A stretch of 64,000 nt of DNA, from contig NC_087258.1 in NCBI RefSeq assembly GCF_037042905.1, positions 8,122,001-8,186,000 of the forward strand, given 5' to 3'. This stretch comes from Lytechinus pictus. Its lineage: Eukaryota. Below, piece after piece: positions 40,795 through 54,100 of the stretch; position 1 is the first letter of the stretch; each line of letters begins with the position of its first letter. Made by a program: the position numbers and the translations under genes. The notes under the pieces are model-generated. The model was given only the letters and a program-made list of their open reading frames with translations, did not search any database and was not told where the DNA came from.

Positions 40795-42282
40795 AGGGCC
40801 CTGGGAACGATTTTTTCAGTGGGGGTGCTGACACGGGCTGAAATCTCTCCTAAAGGCGGGGGGACACACAATTGAGTTTTCCATAGTTCTTTTATATATA
40901 CTCACACATGCAAGGGCACCCATACACATACACACACACACACACACGCGCACCCTCACTCACCCACACACACACTCACATATATAAATACATGTATATA
41001 TATATGACCGTCAATATTTAGCTTTATTCTTATAAACATGATAAGAGCATAGATATCAAATAGACGAAGTGCGAGCGCGAAGCGCGAGCCAAAAAATTGT
41101 ATTTTGTCCTGAAAATTGAACATTTTTAGCAATGTTTGTGATCCTGAACATGTAATATAATAATAATATGTAACAATTAATTACTGCGAGTGCGATCAGC
41201 GCGAGCAGCTATTTTTTATATATGTTCTGGCCTGATCGAAAAGGAACCTGTTCTAAAGACTCTTTGCCCTTTACCCATGAAGACGATACATATTCCAACA
41301 ATCAAACAATGCGACCGTGAAGCGCGAGCTGAAAATTTTGTCATTCCGACCTAAAATCTGGACATTCTAAGCACTTTTTGTAATCATGAACAGGGTAGGT
41401 ATATAACTATGCAATTGACGCGAGCGGAAACAAAATTGAGATTTCAAACCTAAAAACGGGACATTAAAGCACTTTTCTAGTTATGAAGAGGGTAGGTATA
41501 ACTATATATATGATTGATGCGAGCGCGAAGGGCGAGCGGAAACAAAATTGAGATTTCAGACCTAAAACCGGGACATTCTAAGCACTTTTCTAATCATGAA
41601 CAGGATAGGTATATAATTGTACAATTGATGCGAGTGCGAACGGAAACAAAATTGAGATTTCTGACCTAAAAACTGGACATTCTAAGCACTTTTCTAATAA
41701 TGAACAGGATAGGTATATAAGTATACAATTGATGCGAGCGGAAACAAAATTGAGATTTAAGACCTAAAAATGGGACACTCTATTCATGTTTTGTAGATCA
41801 GGAAAAGGATGGGTAATTGAGTATCTTCTTACATAAAAAAATGTGAGCGCAAAGCGCGAGCACCAAATTTTTGACATTCTGATCTGAAACTTTATACTTC
41901 AAGCACGTTTTAAATAAAAAAAAACAAGTTGTGTATTTGAATAAATATGCGTGCATGTGTTTAGATTTATACCTAGAATAGGGCATTTTAAATGCATTTT
42001 TTATTATGAAAATTAACAATGCGAGCTAGAAGCGCGAGCTGAAAATATTTAATATTCCGATCTGAAAAGGGTGAATTCAAGCACTATTTCAAGCACTGTG
42101 TAGGAAAATTCTGAATGGGAGGTTCCTACTGAACGTCTTTCATTTTCATTACATTTCTGTCATTCGTCAAACCTACCAGATTTCCAGTGGGTGCTGCCTA
42201 TGAAAAATAACACACGCAGCACCCCAAGGAAAATTTGGGGGGAGCTGCAGCACCCACAGCACCCCCGCTTCCCAGGGTCATG
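40795..42282. mobile_element. GCGAGCGCGAAGCGCGAGC-family element with an internal ~110-120-bp tandem array (41340-41790)
   Basis: Four units of GCGAGCGGAAACAAAATTGAGATTTCAGACCTAAAA..GGACATTCTAAGCACTTTTCTAA. Imperfect ends CCCTGGGAACG...GGGGGTGCTG / CAGCACCCCCGCTTCCCAGGG. Confidence 0.65.
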
Positions 42283-42300
42283 GTTTCTATAGACCTTTTT

Positions 42301-43134
42301 TTGTCTCGCCTGCATAGCAGAGCGAGACTATAGGCGCCGCTTTTCCGACGGCGGCGGCGGCGGCGGCGGCGTCAACATCAAATCTTAACCTAAGGTTAAG
42401 TTTTTGAAATGACATCATAACTTAAAAAGTATATGGACCTAGTTCATGAAACTTGGGCATGAGGTTAATCAAGTATTAGTGAACATCCTGCTCGAGTTTC
42501 AGGTCACGTGACCAAGGTCAAAGGTCATTTAGGGTCAATGAACTTTGGTTAAGTTGGGGGCATTTGTTGAATTACTATCATAACTTTGAAAATTTATGGA
42601 TCTAGTCCATGAAACTTGGACATAAGGTTAATCAAGTATTAGTGAACATCCTGCCTGAGTTTCAGGTCACATGACCATGGTCAAAGGTCATTAAAGGTCA
42701 ATGAACTTTGGCCGTGTTGGGGGTATTTGTTGAATTACCATCCTAACTCTGAAAGTTTATGGATCTAGTTCATAAAACTTGGGATATAAGAGTAATCAAG
42801 CTTCACTGAACATCCCCTGTGAGTTTCAGGTCACAAAACCAAGTCAAAGGTCAGTTAAGGTCAATATACTTAGGCCATGTTGGGGTAATTGTTGAAGTGC
42901 CATCATAACTTTGAAAGTTTATGGATAGAGAATGAATGAAATGTGGACATGGGTGTAGTTGACAAGTCTTAAGTCACCGTTCAAATGTCATCTATGGTCA
43001 ATGAACGTGGTATTATATCATTATATGAATGGTGTTTTTGTGAATGATTATTTTATAGTAGTTTTCAAAGTTAGCACTGCTGCTATGTTAAATTGCGTAA
43101 TGCAGGCGAGACTGCCAGAGGCGTTCCACTTGTT
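42301..43134 (+). mobile_element. Non-autonomous Helentron/DINE-1-like element
   Basis: Subterminal inverted repeats GTCTCGCCTGCA (42303) / TGCAGGCGAGAC (43101), a short 5' partner GCGAGAC, a (GGC)n microsatellite, ~3.5 copies of a ~175-bp unit, and T-rich flanks. Fragment at 14683-14840. Confidence 0.7.
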
Positions 43135-43751
43135 ATATTAATGTTTCATATGCCAGATTCCACAATATATACATATTTCCCAGAAATTTCCCAAATACTA
43201 ATTTAATGTTTGACGAATAAGGTAACTACTGAAAAAAATAAACATAGGCTCCTAGGGATATTTTTGTTTACACTAAACCGCATATGTATCATTGGATAGG
43301 GATTGTGAACATTCATTGTTTGTTGCACAAGTACAATTAGTGTTCTCATAGACATAAACATTATCAATCGAGTACAAAGTCTAATATTGCGTAGGAATGC
43401 CGAATTCGGAGCGAACAGTCTTAGAGAGACCGTGGCGCTTTGGTCAACAGTCTCCAAAATTCATATTATCTGTAGCTTTGGTGCTTTTCAGGATTCAAAT
43501 AATCACATTTTAATAATCAATTCTGATAGGTAAAAAATATGCCTAATGGATGCTAATAATATAGATGTGGGGGCTAAAAATTGAATAAAGTAATTTTGCC
43601 CGAAAATGCCAGCTATGGTCAATTTTAAAAAGAAAACGATAGTTCCTTTTTTTCTTGCGGGTTGCTATCGTAGATTTGGGATAAAAGACAATGATTTGAT
43701 ACTTGAATTGATATTTAATAAACGAGTTAGTACATTGATTGGTATTACTAA

Positions 43752-43784
<33 letters not shown>

Positions 43785-43786
<2 letters not shown>

Positions 43787-44720
43787 GGCCAGGCATGTTA
43801 AATGTAAAATTTGAAGAATCATCTGCTTTTAGGAACCTACAGAGAATTTATGATTTTTCTGAAAACGATATTCGTACAATATTCTTAAGACCTCGGAAGT
43901 CCACGTTAAACAGTAGGTTGAGGGAATTTCAATTTAAAATGTTGTATGAGCTTACATACACTAGAAAATATTTATATGCATTTAAATTTACTACTATCAA
44001 TGCTTGTGCCTTCTGTGATAAAAATGAAGAAACATATTAACATTTATTTTTCAAGTGCAAAAAAATAAGATAGTAATCTTTTAAACTTAATTGATATAAG
44101 AAATATAAATTGGGAGGGAATTCACATTGGTGTAAAGATATATAATGTAGGAAACGAACAGTTGGTTAATCATATAATACTGTTAAATACATGATCTTTG
44201 TTTATAGTAGGAATAAAAATAACCCCCCCCCCCCCACCTCAAGAAATAAAACAAAAATTATAGAAAATGATGATGAGGAGAAAAAAAACTAGCTGAACAG
44301 AGGGGCACTTTAGTGCACCATCTCAGAAAATGGGGAATTTTCACCAATAGAGGTGGCGAGGCAGGCACGGATATCATGCATTGATATGATAGTACAGGGG
44401 ATGTGCACTTCCGAGGGTGTGTGTGGGGGCTGTGCTGGTGTTAGTGTGTGGTGCAGGTGCTGGGGTGGTGTGGTGTGCGATGTGGGTGTGTTTGTGTGTC
44501 TGATTGTGTTTTGTTTGTGATTGTGCTTTAGATGACGGGGAAGGGGGTGTTTTGAAGACAGATTAAACTTCTCTTAGACCTTCAGTTAAATTATGTTGCA
44601 TGTTCATTATGTTTAAACAATTATCAATGCTGTATTCCTTTTTATATGAAAAGTGAAAATGTTTTGTTGATTGTAATGTGCTTTTTTATTTTGGAGAGAA
44701 ATAGAATATTACTTTTAAAA
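43785..44720 (+). mobile_element. Decayed L1/Tx1-like LINE 3' end (zf-RVT region)
   Basis: IFLRPRKSTLNSRLREFQFKML...CAFCDKNEETY*HLFFKC, homologous to 10336-10938; (GT)-rich 3' UTR; begins right after a (TA)n tract. Confidence 0.8.
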
Positions 44721-45145
44721 ATGTACACATATATGTGTTCGGTTATATGTTGACCAGAATACCTTTACAGACCCTGGTTGTAAAACAATCCGTTATAACT
44801 ACTCTCTTTTTGTACAATGTGAAGCTTAGAGGGCGGAATACATACAGGATATTGTGAAACATTTATTTCGAAAGGCAAGTTTGATAATTGTTATCTATAA
44901 CCAAGACAACTATATAGCAAGTTCATTATAACATCTCTTCTCGATACATTTATCGACCCTTTCCCCCTTTTCTTGTTTCCTTTTTTTAATACTTGGGGTT
45001 AATAATTGCGAACGATTATCCCTCGTTCTCCTTAGGGTAGCCGCTGGAAGGTTTATAATATCATTTTTTTGGCAGTACATGCTTATAGGCTGGCCTCTAA
45101 TTAGTTTACATGAAGAGGATGGAGATTATTTGGTTGCTTCTTAAC

Positions 45146-48100
45146 CTATGTCAGCACGGATTTTCCGACATGTCCGACTGAGAAGTAGACGGTGAGGGCA
45201 ATGGCCATGGTTGAAAAACTTGAAGATATAGTGACGCCACCAGAATGAGAGCGAACACAACCACGTTTAGTGCTTGGTGCATCTGTGTGAACCGGTGGTG
45301 CGTCTGTGAGAACCGCTACATCTAATGGCAAATAAAAAAGAAGAGAATAAAAGATGAAAGAAATAATAATTGCAGAAACTAGGTATAAGAGACAGACACT
45401 CTTGGAAAGACTGATCAGCTTTTAAAGCTGTCACCTAGCTGCAAATGTATGATAAAGAACCTCTGTGCCATTTCATTTGCCGTGATGCAAAATTCATGTT
45501 GCTCTTTCAATCCGGGGGGGGGGGGCACTCAGTATATAATGCATAGTGGGTATGTGCCGCGGAGGGGACCCCCATTTTTACGCTCAAATTTCCGTTCCGA
45601 GGCATAGCATTTTTGTCTTATTGAGAAAAAGAACAAAGAAAACCGCTCCAGAGTATAGCATTTTCTTCTTCTCGAGAAAAAAGAAAAAAAAAATCCGCTC
45701 CAGGGCTTCGCATATTTTCCGTTACGCCGTTCCGGTCGCAATTTTGGTGAAAAGCGGCCGCAGCTCGCTGTCCGACCATCGCCTCTGCGCTAGCGCGCCC
45801 GTCAGTCGTGCCGTCGGGCTAGCTGCATGTACGTTCCATAGGGATGCATACGCACTCGCACGCAGGCGACCCGTTCCAAGGACCCCCGTTTTCACAAACA
45901 TTTGTAGTTCCGAAGCCCGTTCCGAGGACCCTCCTTTTTACAATGAGCCCGCTCCAAGGCCCCCGTTTTTTGTCTCGCCTGCGGCACACCCCTACCACTT
46001 TTTTGGTCGAGTGCCCCCCCCCCCGGGCTTTCAATGCTCGAATGTCCGCAGGTGTGGTGTTCTTTCCATCAGTGTTTCACCACCTCTTACCATGCTTACT
46101 GCTGAGGTTCGTCCGGCGCGGGGGGGGGGGCACTCACATTGACGAGTGGATACAATGCATGACCAAAAAACACGTAAAGGGATCTCTTTTTCAAGATAGG
46201 GCATGTTACGCCGGTAACGTAATAAGGGTGTCCAAAACACTAAAATAACATTAAAAAAGGGGGGTATCTATTTCGCTAGGAAAGCTACGTGTTCAGTGTC
46301 AAATCAGCAAGGGTATAAACAAGACTAAAATGTTTTATACAGGATGTTCTCTAAACACTCCGCGTTTAGAGTCCGATTTGCGCCAGGTGTGGGAGGTGGG
46401 GTCGTACCCACCCAATGATGTACATGTAGGTAAAGGTAAAACTGACGTCCGTGACATATTACAATTAAAATATCGCGGTATTTTTTTAGGGGTTCGATTC
46501 AGGGAATACTTGCCAAGGGTATCGTTTTTATTCCAATACTTTTTAAGGGTAGGGTTTCACATCAATACAGTGGTAGAGCGTACGCCCATGAACGAAAGGT
46601 CGTACGTTCATCCCAAAGACATACAGTAGAAAAGGGACATTCTGCCTTATTATAATTAGTATTAGGGTGCTTAATGTCGTTAACTACATCCTAACAGGTG
46701 CACGAATGAGCGTAATTCCACTCATTAACACCATTGGGGTGCTGATATTATACCAACCCTTAGGTTTCAAAGTTCAGCACCTTTTCTTAGTGCGTATCGT
46801 AGGTTTCATGGACACAGGGGCATAAAACTTCCTGCATTTTCACAGATGATGATGATGATGAATGATGATGATAATGATGATGATGATGATGATGATATCA
46901 GATTATATTTTTTTGCAAACTAGGCCTACAACGACAGCAATGCACTTCCGTGTATACATCCACTTCTAAGCTCCTAAAACGACTTTGAGTGACGACACTT
47001 GGGGTGTTGCCAGAACTTTGTCCCTTAATTTAGGTGTGCAATTTCATAACTGTATATTGTTTTTATTCAAATTAATAGTAATATGAAAAGTTATTTCAAT
47101 GATAATGATAATAACACCAATAAGAAATTGCATTGATTTGAGAAGAAGAACATACCAGAGCCCCTTCGAACCGTCACTATAAATGTGCATCTATCGCTGT
47201 TTCCTGCCGCATCTGTTGCTTGATAGGAAACCTCGGTTATGCCAACAGGGTAATCCCCGCCATTAGTTCCTGGTCCTAGGAAGTTCATTATAGGACAGCT
47301 GGACCAACTGTTCAAAACAGGTTCAGTCCAGTTGACCGACGATGTGTTAACGGCGTTTGTGGCGTTGTCGTCAATCACAGCTACGATGTTCTCAGGACAT
47401 CCTTCTATGGCAACTGGTTGGTCATATGGAGCTGTTTGAAAAGTAAAAACAAATCAATTGCCTTAACACTACACACGTACTTGTTTGGCTAGAAATTCCA
47501 TCTTTATGAATTGGCAAGACCTTATAAAATTCCGGCAGATAGACCTACCAGTCATTTAAAAATGCATTCTACAAGCGATATACAGATTACGATATGGACC
47601 TTCAGTGTCGAAGCTCATTTGGTCAACAGACCTACATTGCAGCCTATAATTTGAACTTTGTTTTGTAACATAAATAAATTGTAACTCTGAATCAAAATTT
47701 AATTCTAAAATAGAATTCGGATTTGGTGAGTGTCATGAATGACATGTTTGCATGAGACTTTTCCACGCTGAACAGAACACGGTGTTCCAGAACTTGTGAA
47801 ATATAATGATATATTATTTAAGCATCTTATGATAATAATAATGATAATTCATAATAATTTATAATAATAACACTTGCTTATATACTGCTTAAAACTAACA
47901 TAATCAGGTGCCTCTAAGCGCTCTGCAGTAATGATGCATTGTAAATCGCATTTTCGCACAGTCTAATACGTGAACACATCGTTAACACTAACACTGCCCA
48001 TGCGGGTGTCCACGGTGTTTAATTACATTAATACAGTTAGTTTCAACATTTTAACAGCGTAGATTTCCATAGTCCTGTATGTGAACAAACTGGGTCACAT

Positions 48101-51100
48101 TGTCGAGCAACATTCCCCACCCACCGGCTAGTACACCCCTTCCCTCTAGCCCCCCCCCCCCCCTTCTGCATCAGCAGCGTCATTACCCAAGGGCATATTG
48201 GGGGCAGACATTTCTATGGGGCATAATTTCAAGAGCTGCGAGCGAGGGAATCGAGAGCAAAATTTTAACATTTAGAATACAAAAATTTGAATTTGTGATA
48301 GATTTTGATGTAATATTCAGAAATGATATCCTTCCTTTTCATCCTTTTTTCTCATTTTCTTTCTTAGTCGTGAAACTTGGGGGGGGGGGTCTGTGGTCCC
48401 TTTGCTCCCCCCCCCCCCTCCCCTGCCATTGCTCTGAACAAACCATTGGCCTTACTGTTTGAAATGACCCGTAATGTTCCTAGAGATTTGATGGTATATG
48501 AACTGCCGTCATGTAGAGTCACCGACGTGTTACGTAGGGTGAGAGAAGAGAACTTCAGATCGTACTCGTATATGCTGAACTCTTGATCGAATCCCATACC
48601 CACCCAGAGTAGCTTGCTTCCATACTTGCTAATGAGGGATTCGCCCAGAGATGGGGTGGAAAATACCTCGATTGTGTGATCCTCGCTCCCGTCAGCATTG
48701 ATGACGCCCAATTTAGTGTAATTCGTGTAGTAAAACAAACGGGCTGTTCGAGAAAAAAGAAAAAGAAGAAATATTAAGTTCAGATAAATAGTTTGGCAAA
48801 GATACGTTAAATGAAAGCTTTACGACTAACGTGGACAATAAGGCCTTATTGCCATCATAAACAATTTACACAAATCAAATTAGTGAAGTGAAGTGAAGAA
48901 TTTGATAGTGAATTCATTGCGGTCAAGAGCTAAAATGTGACAATTTAAACTCCTAAAAAAACAGGCCCGTCGAAAATTTGAGTAAAACCTAAAGTATGTA
49001 TTGGACATGTTCTTTATTTGTCACTGTTATTTTTATTATCTTGTTGGAGCCAATACGTTAAGCTGTAAGATTTCGTATAAGCTATAGTTGTATGGATAAT
49101 GCAGGAGAATTCTGTTATAATCTTATCAATAAAATCTGTGGAAAACATGAATGAAATAATATTCCTTAATTTTTAAAGCAGAAGAATAATGGTAAATGAT
49201 CACCATGAAGAGTGAAACCAATAAAATAATTGTAAATTTATATTTATAATAATATTGGAATGTACCCGTAATTGGTACTGCCACTTTGAATTGGAAACTT
49301 CAGATGGACCCGCTTCGTCGTTGCTGGCGTTGTTGGTGGTGCAGCTACGACAAAGGTCTGACGAAGATTGCAGCCAACAAGCATGACAAGAAAGAGCTTA
49401 CCAAAACGGGTAAATTTTCGTGATTGTGTAATAAGGAAATTTTCTAAAGATCCTCCCTAATTTACCGACAAAAATTAAAAGAAGTATATACCTTCCCTTT
49501 TGGAATTCTCGTTTTCGTCATACATTGTCATAAATGTTTTCTATTCCAAAGAAAAAGATATAATAACCACTGTTATAGAACAAGGCTCACGAATTCGAGC
49601 AGCTCCAAATTTAATTCGGCTCCAATTTTAAATCGATCCCATTCCAAGAGGACTCCTTTGACTCTTTGCGTTTGCCATTGGTTGCAAATCACTTTGCGTT
49701 TGATTTGATCTACATGTACTTGTTCTTGAATGCAAGTTTTTGTGTAAAGGCCGATGCACACCTTATGACTGTTCGCGATCCGATTTGGAACATATCACAT
49801 TTTGCACATTTTCTGAAAATGTGAATGGAACAAATCATTTTATTTGGGGTTGAAATTAATTGAAAGAATACTAATATAACAATTTTGAAAGATTGCAGGC
49901 CTATATTTTGGAGGGAAGGCCAAATTAGTTTCAAATCGTAGCCAATCGTACGACTGCTATTACGGCATTACGACTAGATATTAAATTCGCTTTTATTCTA
50001 ATAAGAATGAGAGCGTAGTCACAGATTTGAAGATAGGTATTCGTATGATGATTTAGAACATTACACAGTCAGATATTCCAAGTCTCAATATTAGCATTAA
50101 ATTCTACTACATTTTATTCTAAAAATCGGGTCGCAGACCAGTCGTAAAGTGTGCGGTCGCCTTACGAGACCCAGAAGCGACAGCTATGACTGAAGTTCTC
50201 AACCATTTTTTTCAAGATCTGTGTTATTGCTTACTAGTATCATCAGCACACCGCTCCAGAGCCATTGCTTCTGCAGTAACGGGTATCACCACCCCCGTGT
50301 CGTTGGAATTCTGGTGTAATTTCGCAACTTCGTTAGCGAAGCGTGCCGTCCAGAAAACGTACCTTTATGAAAGAAAACAAATGAAGATGTTAATTAGTAG
50401 TCATGGTCGTTAAAATGAAAATAAAGAGAGGACCTCACTCATATAAAAATCAATATGAAAGCTTGTGCGTTCATGAGTGGGGTGGGGATGGATGTGCGTA
50501 AGTGTGGGTGGGTGAGTGTGTGGGTATATGTGGGTGTGTGCGTGAAGATGTTCACGTTAGATTGGAGAATTCTCGATAGATGTGCGTGTGCACTAAACAC
50601 ACTGGACACATATGGGACTTGCGTTGACTGACTTTCTTGTTATTTTTGCTAATATCCATGATTACTGAACAATTACCGATTTCTATCAAATACATTTGCC
50701 ATAATAATGCATTTAAACTACATAAACATATTATTCTAATTTTGTTGGATTTGCCAAAATTAATTTCGTTATAGTTAAGACACCATCCATTATAAAAAAA
50801 GAAATGGTCTACTTACTCAGAGAAGGGGTCCCACATGATCAAAGTAGGTTGCTTAAATCCTTCATAAGTGTAAATTGTATCTACGGAGCTACCGTCTAGA
50901 TTGGCCATTGAGAGAGATGCGTCATTGTACATCGACCAGAAGATTTTCCCATTCCCAAGATCAAGAGCGATGGTATGTGGACCTGGAAAACAATCACAGA
51001 TCAGACCTCTTTGAAGATAACATAGTTCAGCAACCATTGTTACCATGGTTACTAAAGAATATTTTACACAGTCATGCTTATCAAAAGTTACTTCAATACT

Positions 51101-54100
51101 ATTACGGCAACTTTGCCATTATTTGCAATATAACCAAAGTAAGAGGGCTCAGGGCGGAAAATTAACCATTGATGTAATCGTAAGCCTTTCCGAAATGAGG
51201 TTCTGGATAGCGTTTGATTGAAATTTGTTAATTCTGACAAGTTGTCAGATCTGGACACTTTCTTGAAAATGACAATTTATTCAATGGTCCCCTGGTTACT
51301 CAAACTTTATTTATTTACGCAACTTGTGGGGCGTCGCGACGTGGTCTGATGGTTAAGACTCTCGTCTTTCAAACTGAGGGACGTGGGTTCTATTAACAGC
51401 CATGGCATGTGGCGTGTTTTCATTCAGCAATAAATTAACCCACATTGTGCTGCACCCAATCCAGGTGAGGTAAATTGGTACCGGCAGGAAGTAATCCCTC
51501 AAAAGGCTGTGAGCACCGGAATCAGTAGACTAGCTAAGCCGAGGTAATATAGAAGGGCCTTGAGCACCCATAACAAGGTGGATACGTGAGCTATACAAAT
51601 CCTATACTATTTATACTATTTTTATATATTCCAAGTCCAGAAACCAAGAGTTTTTTTAACTACCAGTATATGGTAAAAGATAATATTGGCATGGACCAAT
51701 AGTTCATCCCGATTTATTCTCAAGACCCCCTGCGGCGCCACAAGGGGGTATCACTCAACCTCAATAGGGAGTTGCCGCAACCACTACGCGGATGCTTTCT
51801 GGAATGCAGAGTCTATTGTCAAAAGCACTTCATGACAAAGAAGTCTTTGTCGAAAATCGGTGAATCAAAACAGTTGTGCTGTCCTGGGTCCCGTAACACA
51901 AAGCTTATTAGCGATGAATAGCAAATGTGAAAGAACACTTCTGATTGGTTCCTGGTCAGTGTTTTGAACCAAATGCGCGTTTAACATTGATCTTGATTGG
52001 TCAATCCATTTAGCGATTGATCGCCAATCTTTGTGTTACGGAGCCCAGACTCTGAATACGACATACTTGCAGTTTTTCGTCAGCTCCGAATCTTAAGACA
52101 ATCTGCTGTCCCGGTTCACCGGTTTTCGACAAAGACTCTCTAAGCTCTTCATTGTGATTTGACAGGCATTTTCAAAAGATTTACTATGTTTTAGGATATG
52201 TGTGCCCGTTGCATTTGCGAAAACTCGTTATTAGAAACATAGCCAAGTGGATAAGCCATGGGTGAGTGGTATAAAGCATCTTGCTAGACGGACACGGCAA
52301 GGCATATGCCCTGCTCTTTCCTCAATGCTTATCCTAGACACAATAAAAAGCAAGTCTATTAGGAACCAGCTAAAAAGCAATATGTTATAAAATATAATAT
52401 ACATGTAAATGTGGATCGGGGGGGGGACACTTCCTTTGACGAGTGGATACCAGGCGCGACCAAAGAAACGCGTAAAAAAATCTCTTTTTCAAGATTGGTC
52501 AAGTTACGTACGTAACGTATTAAGGCTGTCGAAAACACTAAAGTAGTGAAAAGGGTATATGTTTTGCTAGGAAAGCTACGTGTTTACGGTCAAATTTGCG
52601 AGGGTATAAAAAGACTAAAATTTTTTTAAAAAGAGGTACCTTTTGCCCCAACACAACGTGTTTAGAGTCCTATTCAGTGAGCGAGGTGTGGAAGGTGGGG
52701 CGCCACACTCTAAAAACACTGAACAAAATTTTACCCAATATTATAGGTAGAAAGGGAACATGCATGTTTGCTGGGTATTTTTACCCGATATTGGGCTATT
52801 TTAATCAAACATCATTTTACCCAACCAACATGCATGTTGATGTTTCCATTTTACTCAATATTGGGTAAACTTTTTTTTAGAGTGCAGGGCGGTACTAAAC
52901 CCGATCTAACGAAAAAGCCGACGTCCGTGTTCACGTCCGTGACATAACAATTAAAATATCGCTGTTGACCCCTACTTGTTTAGGGGATCAATTCAGGGAA
53001 TACTTGTCAAGGGTACCGTTTTGTCTCTGGCCCTGGTATCCACTCGTCAATGGAAGTGCCCCCCCCCCCCCTCCGGAATGTGGATATGGATTAATCTAAG
53101 GAAATTGGATGGAAACAGACAGTATAATAATGTCTAACAATTAACAACAAAAAAGACAGTCATATCATGCATATAGCTCACATTTATCACAATGAATAAA
53201 GGAAAATTGCATACGCTATTCATACGTTATTCCAAGCAGACAGGCAGAGGTCTTTTTCAAAAGCAAACGTTTTCTTATATACTCACTGGATGTCGATATT
53301 ATTACTTCTTGGGGACTCTCTCCATCAGTGGGGATCCGACATATCTGATCATTGCTGAAATCGCTCCAGTATACCATATCATTCCCTGGGTCGTAGTCGA
53401 TCCCCGATACGGTGCTGTCATCAGCAAGAGGTATCAGAGTAAAGCGCGACTCCAAGATGTTGTTGTCATCCCTGGGTTCCGGTAGTGGAGCATAGAGAAT
53501 TCCCGGTGAGGTGTTATCACCGATGAATATCTGAGCAACATCTGTATCAGGATAATAATTCTTTAAATACATACAATTTCAGGCAGTTGATGTAGTCAGC
53601 CAAAGATTTGATCTAGCGTGGCGTACGAGGCAAAATTCCTATCATCACACTTAAATACTAAAAAAAAATTATCATCACGACTGAGTGTACAAAAATATAT
53701 ATATCTATCAGAAAAAAAAATGAAAATCTAACTTTGTGGTAGAACTGGTCATCATTTTGAAGAAATACTCTACACCTTTCATTTGTTTCTTGGTCGTACT
53801 ACTTGTGGGACAACTGCCCCCCCCCCCTCTGATTACAGGCATAAATCACAAGACTATATATAATACAGAGAATACAAATACAAATGTGTGGAATTTTCAC
53901 TGGAACAAGCGTATCGACGGCTTTTCCCAAACATTTAATAAAGTTGAAGAATAATAGTAGTCAAAACAGAGTTAACCTCGACCAATTTGGAGTGTAACAT
54001 AGGAGTCCGGATACTGATATGTAATAATGAATAAAAATAATGGTGGATTTATATATCACTTTTTTGCCTGAGGATGCAAAGCGCTTGCTTTATATTATTA

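Noticed and set aside
45529-46629. Cluster of ORFs up to 198 aa
   Set aside because: They lie within GC-rich MITEs in an intron and show no recognisable protein motif.
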